This document shows, in pieces, positions 39,134 to 48,700 of a DNA stretch of 64,000 nt. The DNA is taken from the sequence record NZ_CP020429.2; one strand, written 5' to 3'. Source of the DNA: a plasmid. Each line of letters opens with the position of its first letter. The stretch's first letter is position 1. The notes beneath the pieces were generated by a model. It did no database searches. It was not told where the DNA came from and was given only the letters and a program-made list of their open reading frames with translations. The position numbers and the translations under genes were made by a program.

Positions 39134-39579
39134 AACGATTAGATAATCAGCATATCTCTAAAGAAATCAGAGAAAAAGACCATAGAAAACAAATAGTTGG
39201 ACAAGATGAACGACCAACCAAAAGAGTCAGTATTTATGCTAGAGTCGATGCACAAGGGTTTGAACTATCAGAGGTCCCAGTCGACTGTCTTGATTACCCA
39301 GTGCCTATTCCGGTATATGATATTGAGTCTAAAGTTGTTGGCGATTCACTTCAACCTAGTTTTTTTGATGATGAAGTAATGTTTGTCATCAATGACTCCA
39401 TCCTTCGAACAGGTGATATCTGCATCGTGCAGCTAAATTGTCAGTACTACGTAATGAAGGTGAGTCAAAATAGAGATAATGGTGACATTCTTCTAAACTC
39501 ACTAAATTCTAGCGAGGTACCAAATACCCTTTCTGAAAAGGACGACTTCACCATCTTTGGTAAGGTTGTACTTATGTAG
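39134..39579 (+). pseudogene. truncated paralogue of the cI-like repressor (S24-domain half only, no HTH and no start)
   Basis: About 85% nucleotide identity to 29651-30100; the ORF track gives only the 92-aa C-terminal frame. Confidence 0.7.
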
Positions 39580-39653
39580 CTTTGGTTTTATTGCGATTAT
39601 ATTTATTGCTCAATGAACAACAAAAAGACTAACCTATGGTTAATCTCAGACTA

Positions 39654-39696
39654 AAAAAGAAGCTCTCGGAAGTTTTTCTTCTAAGAGCTTCTTTTG
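39654..39696 (+). terminator. intrinsic terminator
   Basis: AAGAAGCTCT...AGAGCTTCTTTT. Confidence 0.6.
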
Positions 39697-40105
39697 CATT
39701 ATAAGAATAAAAAGTTTCTGTTCTATTCGGCTTTACCAGTGAAATTATAAACATAATTTGCTGATTAAAGAATATTCTTTTCGTTTATCAAGAAAAGATG
39801 ACATTATAATAGACACAGCCACTAAGACTATTGAAGCAATAAAGAAAAGAGTTAATGTAAAATTTGCTTGTAACTTAAATCTTCTGGAAAGTAAAATGAA
39901 TGAATTTAAAAAATAAAACAGGGGTCGGCGTATGCTGATCCACCGTTTTTATTTATTCTATTTATATCTCTAAAATGGTACTAGACTACGAATTTTTATA
40001 CTGGTAGAGCGATTTTGAGCGTTTTTCAGATTCACAGATTGATAAGGATAAACAAGAAAAGCTTACAACCGCAATGGTTTTTGGGATTTTTCTTATGTTT
40101 TACTA

Positions 40106-40137
40106 TTTTCCGAAAAAAAAGAACAATTTTTCGGAAA
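40106..40137. other. perfect 11-bp inverted repeat TTTCCGAAAAA/TTTTTCGGAAA, either a terminator of 40143-40472 or a dif-like Xer site
   Basis: The left arm TATTTTCCGAAAAA resembles the XerS-binding arm of difSL as recalled; it sits at the island/element junction. Confidence 0.4.
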
Positions 40138-40142
40138 GTCAT

Positions 40143-40472
40143 TTATTTATCAAAATATGGAAAGACCCGTGATTGTAACTCTTTTAAGAGGAGAGCATAT
40201 TCTTCAAGCTGGCTAGGTGTATATTTCTTAATGACCCAATAATCACGTGAATATTTTTTGTCAGTAAAATCATTTCTCCAAATTTCTTTTAGACCATCTG
40301 GAGCTAAATCAATTGTAGTCGCACCTTGTCCAATCTTTTCAAGCGCTTCTTCCGTTGCTTCTTTTGTCCAAGTATCACGAACGTGATAACGCCAAGCAGT
40401 TTGACCACAATCCGAAAATATTGAGACTTGTAATTCTCCAACCTCTTTGAGTAGTTGTTCTTTTGTTGTCAT
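40143..40472 (-). CDS. hypothetical protein
   Basis: 109 aa; no motif. Confidence 0.5.
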   Translation of the reverse strand: MTTKEQLLKEVGELQVSIFSDCGQTAWRYHVRDTWTKEATEEALEKIGQGATTIDLAPDGLKEIWRNDFTDKKYSRDYWVIKKYTPSQLEEYALLLKELQSRVFPYFDK

Positions 40473-40619
40473 GGTAAATTACCTATAGGTTGAAAACCTG
40501 TCCTTTCTAAATATTTTATACTACTAGTATAAGGCTTTTGAATATAAAAAACTAACCAAATTGTTAATAATTTAAAATTAAAAAACCTTGTTTTGTAACG
40601 CTTTTTAGCATAAAATATA

Positions 40620-41423
40620 ATGAAAACTAACCAAATTGGAGACTTTATGGAACTTACATTTGATTTGAATAGAATAGTAAGCGGAGATATTAGGGTATTA
40701 GTTCCATCTGATTACTTGAAATTACATAACGACCCCACAAGAAAAAATTGGGAACTTTTTTTTAAGCCACATCAATTAGAAAAAGTGTTCCATTCATCTT
40801 TCTCTGTTACCTCATCGCAATTACGGAAATTTTTGAAGGATACATTTGGCATTCCATTTAAAGTGGAGGATACGGGAAATAATTCAAACCGAAATAGATT
40901 AAACGAAATGATAAAAGAAGTAGCTCCTACACATAGAGGAAAAACAACTACGTTAAATTTCTACCAATATCGAAAACTAATTCTATCTGATAAATTTAAC
41001 CGATTCATATTGAGTAAACACAATGAATGGGTAGTAGACGACCAAGTGAAAATGTACAATGAAATAATGTACCTACAAGTCAATAAATTCAAAGAATCAG
41101 CCTTATACCAAGAACAAAAAAAGAAAGACATTATATACTATGCCAATGCTTTATCCCTAATAGAGGGATTTGACCAAGTTCTAAAAGAATATTACTCTAT
41201 GTTCTTAGACCTATGTCATAATCAAGAAGTCTACTATGGAGACATCTACGCACCAGATGAAGTAAAACAAATGCTAGATATTATTTCTTATCGTTTTAGA
41301 CAAAAATCTCCATTAGTTTACAAGTTTGATTCTCATGATGATGTGTACAGTACAGATAAAAATAAGATTATTGAATGGTTTTTGCAAGATGTCGACAGAT
41401 GGGCAAATGATGAAATAAAATAG
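40620..41423 (+). CDS. hypothetical protein
   Basis: 267 aa; no motif. Confidence 0.5.
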   Translation: MKTNQIGDFMELTFDLNRIVSGDIRVLVPSDYLKLHNDPTRKNWELFFKPHQLEKVFHSSFSVTSSQLRKFLKDTFGIPFKVEDTGNNSNRNRLNEMIKEVAPTHRGKTTTLNFYQYRKLILSDKFNRFILSKHNEWVVDDQVKMYNEIMYLQVNKFKESALYQEQKKKDIIYYANALSLIEGFDQVLKEYYSMFLDLCHNQEVYYGDIYAPDEVKQMLDIISYRFRQKSPLVYKFDSHDDVYSTDKNKIIEWFLQDVDRWANDEIK

Positions 41424-41485
41424 GCGATACTGATCGCCTATTTTTCTTATTAAAAATTGTAGTCATCCTCAAACTTATACTAAAG

Positions 41486-41509
41486 TATAGCAAAAAACAC
41501 CCTATTTTC
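41486..41509. repeat. 24-bp direct repeat TATAGCAAAAAACACCCTATTTTC, copy 1 (3' flank of the TIR-NTPase gene)
   Basis: Identical to 44241-44264. Confidence 0.6.
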
Positions 41510-41665
41510 TAGTTTACCAGATTTCAACAGGAAAGTTTTCTTGTGTCTCATTTTATGGGTGCAGTGCCATGAATCTAAGAGATTTTTTTATACCATTTAT
41601 AGCTATTTTGCTATCCAACCTATGGCATCGATAGGTGGATTCAAAAATTTTTAACTTGTTATATA

Positions 41666-44206
41666 TTATCTGTTTTCTATTGATTTTATGTGTTGTTCTC
41701 GTTTAAGGAGTGAATTAGGTTTAAACCCAAATCTTTTTTCTATTCTAGCTTTTTCTTGATAGCTAAAGGAATGCCGTGATACATGATTAACAACCATTAA
41801 ATTCAATATGGTACGAGCTACGTGTGACATATTTTTATTATTTCTATCATTTAAGATAGATTTTTCCGAGAATTGTTTTTCATATTGTAGTTCTAATCCC
41901 CTTTTTATTAATATATAGCTAGGATTAATATTGCTATTTTCCACCATTTCTGAAAAATAATAAGAAATAGGTTCTGAACCAATTGATGAAACAGTTTTCA
42001 TAATTAGTGAATATATAGTAGCAAAATTCATACTCACAAGTATGTCATGAATATCTTTTCTTAGTTTATCCTCATTTAGGTTTTCTGTATCAACTTCTTT
42101 TGAAATAAAGTTCTCTAGAAAAAGTATAAAATCTTTATCGGAGACAATCTGAATAAAAGAGTTAAGAAGTCTTAAATTAGCATCAACTGTATTTTTTAGT
42201 ATTTTATTAAATTCTTTGTTTTTTATTGACCCGTATCTGTTCTTAAGAATTACTCCAATTACTTCTACAGTTTGAATTGCATTTCTAACTTGATTTTGTC
42301 TATGAGCTTGTTTTTTTTCAATTATCTCTGAGTTATCTCTTTCTGAGTATGTATTTTCCTCTAATCTGTCTCGATGCTTCAATTCGGATTTTCGTTTTTC
42401 GTCGAAGTTCTCTATCCTGTAATCAATATTATTAGATAAGTCATTAACTTGTTTATCAAAATCACCCAACTCTACAGAATCAAGTGTTGCTTCTGTATAA
42501 TCACTAAATGTATTCTCTAAGCTAGAGTTTAACATTTCTATTAATCGTTGATCTTTACAATGATGCGCTAGAAAAATACTTATGTGGCCATTCTGTTCTA
42601 AGTCCAGATTCAAAATAATGTCTTTTATGTCATCAAGATGTTCATTAAAGTTATCAGATAGATATTGCCCTAAAAAGTAATAATATAGATACTCATAGCA
42701 AAAACTATAGTTAGAAGAGTTGCTTTTTTTCAACAATCCAGTTTTCATTAGTAAACTTAGATACTCTTCTAGGTCAAAGATTTTATAATCATTTTGATAA
42801 TCTTCTAAAAATAAATTGAATTCCTTATTTGATACTTCTAAGACTTCTTTTTTAAAAAGATACATAGAAAAATAAGACAAAAAGTTTATATAAGACACAA
42901 TCCGATCATTACTTACTCCACAATTTTGAAAAGCTAACTGAATTAGTAAATTATAACAATGACCGTGTGAAGATATAGGAGTATCAAATCTATTGTTAAC
43001 ATCAATTGAAGAACCTAGGATAATTAAAATATACAGAGGAAATGCGGGGATAATACCATTCTTATATCCTCTATCTAAACCCAAACTGATATCAATAAGA
43101 TTTGAATTCTCATCAATTTTCTTTAATTTATCATTTGTGTTTAAATCCCTATAGAGTGATTTTGATTCTATAAACTTTGTTATAAGCTCATTTCTTAAAG
43201 AAGGTTTGAAAGGTTGTATTGTGAATCTTGTTACTGTGAAGTCATTCGAACTAATATCATAAATATCATCAACAAACATAATTAATCCTGCGTACTTGTC
43301 AATTTTTTTAACAGTATTTTGTAATTTTGTCGAAAGTTTATGAAAATCATCAATTATAACAACTATATTTTCTGCTTTATTTTTATGGATAGTTTTATAT
43401 GTTGAAATATATTTGTTGCGAACTGCCTTTTCTATATTTTGAGAATTAATCTCTTTACTTTCTAAATAGATAGGTTGAAAACCGTCACTATATATATCTA
43501 AAAATAATTTTTTTGCAAAAGATGTTTTTCCACTTTGTCTATCGCCTACTATAAAAAATTTATCTAAATAATATTTACTATTCAGTAACTTTTCTGCTGA
43601 AAGATAACTTATATTTTCTTTTCTATCTATTCTTAGTTCTGGATAAGTATACAAATCTGAAAGCTTTAATGTGGAATTAAGAACATTAGAAATTAAACCA
43701 ATCGAATCAAGTTGCGAATGAACTTCTTCTTTTAATTTATCTTGAGGCCAGAGCTCTTCTTTTGAGAGCTTTTCAGATAATCTTATAAAAAGAGAATTTA
43801 ATTGTTCGGATGAATCAAACGACATTTCCTCAAATTCTTTACAGAAAGATTCGTAAGGTAATGTACCAAATTTGTAAGGCAAATCATCTGTTGAGATTTT
43901 GATAGGTATTACTTTATCTAAGAATTTATGTTCTGTTATTTCTTTTATTTCGAAACTCACACCCGAATCGTCTATTTCAGATTTTTCTAAATACGCCTTG
44001 TCACAAATAGATAAAATAACATCGCAATTTCTAATATTTTCAATCATGAATTGATTTAAAGTATTTTTGTTAACAGTATTATCATCATAAATAACTTCTA
44101 AATTTTTTTCTTCTAGTTCGAGCTCAAGTTTACGTATAAAGTCTAATTGTCTCTGACTATAATTCTCATCATCTGACCAGGCATGTGCAATAAAAATTTT
44201 ACTCAT
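41666..44206 (-). CDS. TIR-like domain / P-loop NTPase (STAND-like) protein with a long helical C-terminal region; candidate antiphage NLR-like protein
   Basis: N-terminus KIFIAHAWSDDENYSQRQLDFIRKLE...CDVILSICDKAYLEKS fits the TIR/DUF1863 fold; Walker A GDRQSGKTS; Walker B IVVIIDDFH; about 500-aa C-terminal helical region. Confidence 0.8.
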   Translation of the reverse strand: MSKIFIAHAWSDDENYSQRQLDFIRKLELELEEKNLEVIYDDNTVNKNTLNQFMIENIRNCDVILSICDKAYLEKSEIDDSGVSFEIKEITEHKFLDKVIPIKISTDDLPYKFGTLPYESFCKEFEEMSFDSSEQLNSLFIRLSEKLSKEELWPQDKLKEEVHSQLDSIGLISNVLNSTLKLSDLYTYPELRIDRKENISYLSAEKLLNSKYYLDKFFIVGDRQSGKTSFAKKLFLDIYSDGFQPIYLESKEINSQNIEKAVRNKYISTYKTIHKNKAENIVVIIDDFHKLSTKLQNTVKKIDKYAGLIMFVDDIYDISSNDFTVTRFTIQPFKPSLRNELITKFIESKSLYRDLNTNDKLKKIDENSNLIDISLGLDRGYKNGIIPAFPLYILIILGSSIDVNNRFDTPISSHGHCYNLLIQLAFQNCGVSNDRIVSYINFLSYFSMYLFKKEVLEVSNKEFNLFLEDYQNDYKIFDLEEYLSLLMKTGLLKKSNSSNYSFCYEYLYYYFLGQYLSDNFNEHLDDIKDIILNLDLEQNGHISIFLAHHCKDQRLIEMLNSSLENTFSDYTEATLDSVELGDFDKQVNDLSNNIDYRIENFDEKRKSELKHRDRLEENTYSERDNSEIIEKKQAHRQNQVRNAIQTVEVIGVILKNRYGSIKNKEFNKILKNTVDANLRLLNSFIQIVSDKDFILFLENFISKEVDTENLNEDKLRKDIHDILVSMNFATIYSLIMKTVSSIGSEPISYYFSEMVENSNINPSYILIKRGLELQYEKQFSEKSILNDRNNKNMSHVARTILNLMVVNHVSRHSFSYQEKARIEKRFGFKPNSLLKREQHIKSIENR

Positions 44207-44240
44207 TTCATTCCCCTTTTGATAAAGTTCTTTATTTTAT

Positions 44241-44264
44241 TATAGCAAAAAACACCCTATTTTC
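44241..44264. repeat. 24-bp direct repeat, copy 2 (inside the terminator of the helicase gene)
   Basis: Forms part of the AAACACC...GGTGTTTT hairpin 3' of 44314-45723. Confidence 0.6.
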
Positions 44265-44313
44265 ATAAGGTGTTTTCATGCTGCAAAAGTGATATAACAA
44301 TACCCTTCGCATT

Positions 44314-45723
44314 TTAAACAAAGTCAAATAGTGAAATTTCTTCGTAAACTTCTACTTCTTCTACCTCATTAACAGAGGTTTCAGAAACTATTTCCGTAGC
44401 AACATTGTCATTATGTTCTTCAGTCATTCCAAAGAGTTCAGAAATACTTTCTAGGAAGTCATCAGCCATATCAAGAACTTCTTGTGAAACAACAACATGA
44501 GTCGTTTCTTCAACGGTTTCTTGTGCAACTACTTCTTCGTCCTCGAAGGCAGCTTCTGCTTCATCTACTGACTCATCGATAACTTCAACAAGTTCGCTTT
44601 CTTCATCAGGATCATAGCTAGCACTATATTCCTCAGTGATTGAGCTAACTTTTACATCAGAGTCTTCATCCATTTCTGGATGGTCTGCCTTATACTGCAA
44701 TTCAAAAGCATTAATAGCCTCTTCAATTTGTTCTACAGTAGGCTTTTTAGACTCATCTTCGACTTCGATAAGAGGATTAACAATGGCACGTTTAGCTGAT
44801 ACATAGTCAAGACGAGCTTGGTCTGCAAAAACATCTGCAGCTTCTCCTCGCTTAATAGTATCTGCACAACGGTCAATGTTTTCCTGCAAAAGTTTGGCTT
44901 GTTTATCCATACCATCAATAACATTGTTGATACGCTGGATAGTCCCAATACCACTCGCAAAATCTAGACGAACAGCATAGCTATTTTGACCGATAATATG
45001 TAAATCAAGCATGCGTTCTGGTTGCCAAGCTGATTTTTGTTCCAACGCACGAAGGACAAAACCACGATAATGAGCAAGGGTTGTCATTTTCATATGGAGT
45101 GGATCAGAGGCAACATTCATCTGCATAGCATAGTTCAGTTGATTTCCAGCAACATCTTTCTTAGTTGCTTCGTATCCATCTGGTTCAAATGTCATAACAA
45201 ATGGGTTATGTTCGACCTCATATTTCTTACCATCTTCTTTTTCAACCACTTCTTTCCAAGGTCTTGTCTTTTCCGCAAGCTCTTTATCCTGGACTAATAG
45301 AGAAAGTTTCTTCTCGTAATTTTCCTTATCTTTAAGGGCTTGCTTAATACGTTTTTGAGACAAAGCAATATCACGTTTCCAAGCCTTACGACGATTAGAC
45401 AACAACTCAAATTCGTTATCAAGTTCCATCTTAAGTTTAAGATATGGATTGCCTGTTGCAATGGCTTTAAATTCAGAGGCTGAGAGTGTTTGCTCATCAA
45501 TATCCTCTGAAGCTCGCATCGGTGTACGACTGGTCATGATTTGCGTAATATAACGGAGCTTTGTTTCTTGAATCTGCCAAAGGTAGTTATCAAAACTTCC
45601 CTTGGTGATATAGTGGAAAATATTTACCTTTCGATAGATATTTCCTTGACGAACCAAGCGTCCATTACGTTGGATAATATCAGACGGTTTCCAAGGCACA
45701 TCGAGATGATGAACAGCTTTCAT
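44314..45723 (-). CDS. C-terminal fragment of the MTase-SNF2 helicase gene (helicase motif VI plus an acidic tail), separated by a frameshift
   Basis: Begins VPWKPSDIIQRNGRLVRQGN, which is helicase motif VI; reading across the junction with one extra G restores STEKGGTGLNVQRRMKAVHH, motif V. Confidence 0.8.
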   Translation of the reverse strand: MKAVHHLDVPWKPSDIIQRNGRLVRQGNIYRKVNIFHYITKGSFDNYLWQIQETKLRYITQIMTSRTPMRASEDIDEQTLSASEFKAIATGNPYLKLKMELDNEFELLSNRRKAWKRDIALSQKRIKQALKDKENYEKKLSLLVQDKELAEKTRPWKEVVEKEDGKKYEVEHNPFVMTFEPDGYEATKKDVAGNQLNYAMQMNVASDPLHMKMTTLAHYRGFVLRALEQKSAWQPERMLDLHIIGQNSYAVRLDFASGIGTIQRINNVIDGMDKQAKLLQENIDRCADTIKRGEAADVFADQARLDYVSAKRAIVNPLIEVEDESKKPTVEQIEEAINAFELQYKADHPEMDEDSDVKVSSITEEYSASYDPDEESELVEVIDESVDEAEAAFEDEEVVAQETVEETTHVVVSQEVLDMADDFLESISELFGMTEEHNDNVATEIVSETSVNEVEEVEVYEEISLFDFV

Positions 45724-48700
45724 ACGACGTTGTACGTTAAGACCGGTTCCCCTTTTTCCGTTGAAGCCATGAGAATACGAATCTCACCAGCATTCATTTG
45801 ACGTTGAAGTTGGAGCTTAGCCTTTTTGTTAGCAGCATCGTGAATAAAAGCAATCTCTTCTTCTGGAATTCCTCGTTCAACAAGCAAATCTTTCAACTCT
45901 TGATAAACAGAGAAACCCTTGCCATTAGGAGTTCCAAGGTCAGAGAAAATCATTTGTGTCCCTTTATGCTTAGCCTCCATGTGATAAATCTTATCCACTC
46001 TCTCAACCACTTGCATGAGTTTATCTGCATCAGCTCTTACATAGAACTCCGCATCCAGCAAACGCATGTCTAAAGCCAACTTTCTGGCTTCACTAGTGAT
46101 TTTGAGCATGTTATCTTCACTAGGATCTACACTCCCATTTTTAACTCGATCTGAGCGTTCTACAAGCTCATCCAAATAAACCTTTTGGTTATCCGTCAAC
46201 TGACTTTCAACCGCTACCTTTTCTACCATAGGAACTGGAAGATTAAGGTCTTCAGTCATTTGAATATCTGCGGTCTGACGATAAATCGCCATCAGCTCAG
46301 GGAGATTCATAAATTTAGCAAAGCGTTTACGTGAAATATACTTGTCTCCAGTAGGGTTAAGTTCAAGACTATTCTCAACAATCCCAAACGCACCAACCCA
46401 AGCATCAAAGAAACTTACACCGAAGTGTTCCATGACATCTGGTTGAAGATAATTCATCATCGTATACATTTCGCTAATAGAGTTGGAAACTGGTGTTCCA
46501 GTCGCAAAGACAACGTGACGTGTATCATGCTCTTCTTGAAGCACGCGCACCTTCATTTCCATATCCATATTCTTTTTTGAGGTACGGTTGGTAATACCAG
46601 CAACGTTCCCCAAACGTGTCATAGGACGGACATTCTTGTACCCGTGGGCTTCATCAACAAAGAGCATATCAATACCAAGGCTTTCAAAGTTGATAAACTC
46701 ATCAATACCAGTCTTATTTTCAAGCAACGTTTCTAAGTTTGCCTCAAGACTTCTACGCATCGATTGTGCTTGCTTAAAAGTAATTTTGTCGTCATTAGCT
46801 TTTGCGTAACCAATGATCTCATCAAGCTCATCAATCTTTTCAGAAATAAAGGCTTGTTCACGTTCTTGTGAGACACGAACTTTCTCAAATTGAGAATGTC
46901 CAATCACAATTCCATCATAGTCGCTGGTTAGAATACGAGAAACGAACAAGCGACGTCGTGACTTTTCAAAATCCTGCTCAGTCGTAACAAACACTTTCTT
47001 GGTAGGGTAGAAACGCATAATTTCTTGACCAAATTGTGCTGTTAGACTAGACGGAACCACAAACAATGGTTTATGAATAAGCCCAAGCTCTTTCATCTTG
47101 AAAGCTGCTGAAATCATGGTTAGTGTCTTACCAGTACCCACTTCGTGAGCGAGGAGTGCACGTCTCTCTTCAAGAATACGTTGTACCGCATTTTTTTGGT
47201 GAGGGCGAAGCTCTACTCCTTTAGCCAAGCCATCAAATTCCAAGAGACTTCCATCATATTGACGTGTCACATAGCGATTAAAGACTTCATTGTAGGTATC
47301 TTCAATCACTTCTTGGACTGTTGGGTTTTCATGAATAAAGTTCTTAAAGCTTTCTTGTAGAACACGCTCACACTCACGTAGGTTTGCTGTAGCCACTTCA
47401 TCAACCTTACGTATCGGGTTTTCAGTCGTACCAAAGTTACGCATGATTGTTGGTTGATTACTTGTAAGCAAGTGAGCAACAATATCTGTTGCGTGTGAGT
47501 AGCTTTTATTGTACTCATCACGTAGACCTAAACGAAGGTTAGATTGACGACTCATATAGCAGTTTAACAAGCGTTCGTTGAAACCTCGTCCGATTCTGGA
47601 TGTCACTAATAGTGATTTAGCTTCTTCAGAATGCAGACCAACTTTTTCATCCAACAATTCACTAAACACCCATTGAGAAACGACGTTACTAGGAATCCAG
47701 CTAGAACCAATGCTGAAATCAATATCAGATAAGACAACTGGTTCTGGTACAACAGATAAAATCAATTCCAAATAACGTTCCCAATCCGCTTGTGTATCTC
47801 CGTCTTCAATGAGAGAGTTAATACAATCACGTTTGGCTAGAACATCACCTGAAAGGAATTTATCCTTAGTAACATAGTGTACAGTCTTATCATCAATATA
47901 GCGTTCCACATCAATCATTACTGTCTCACCTAGTTCTGAAATCATCATATCTTCTGAAACATCTGGATAGACAGAACTCATGAGGTTCAAATCAACGCCA
48001 CGACCTTCCGAAAGCGACACATTCAAGGCTTCTACTGCTGACATCACTTGATGAAGGTGTTTTTTAGGACGAATGGTTGGCTTTTTAAAAGCATCTGACT
48101 TCACAAAGACTACCTTTGAGCTGTCATTCTCGTCCAACTCCTCTAACTCAAGACTAGCGATAAGAGGATAACGATCATCTCGGTCAAAGAGGCGAGCATT
48201 CACCGCTTGATTGATATAACCATACTTCTTCTTGAAAGTATCGTAGGCTTGATTAAGTGTTGCAAGCAGTTGTTTGAATTTCCCTTCATCATAGTCTGTC
48301 GTCATTTGAATATCAATAATGGCTTGATACGCATTTTTGATAGCAACCATGCCACGGATACGCTTGTTTTCTGTATCCGTAAGGGGTGTTTCATAGAAAT
48401 AAATACCTTTGTAAAGCCCTTTACTTTTAGCTGCTTTAGAAGGTGTTTGACTTACCCATGTATTCGTAACAATATTAGGGTCTGCTTCTACTGCTGCTTC
48501 AAAGTCTAAAATGGCTTCTTCTTTGTATTTATCATCATATTTTACGAACTGTCCTTGTTCGTCTTGATAAAAAATCATCTCAGCTGCTCGTGAGCTAGGA
48601 CGGATAGACGTGTTATCACGATAATAGACATGCCCATTTTTATCACAAGCATACTCGTTCAATCGAATATCAAGTGAAGCAAGTAAGTCTTGGTCAAGAT

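Noticed and set aside
40015-40242. 75-aa plus-strand ORF
   Set aside because: It spans the palindrome at 40106-40137 and overlaps the convergent 109-aa gene; no SD.
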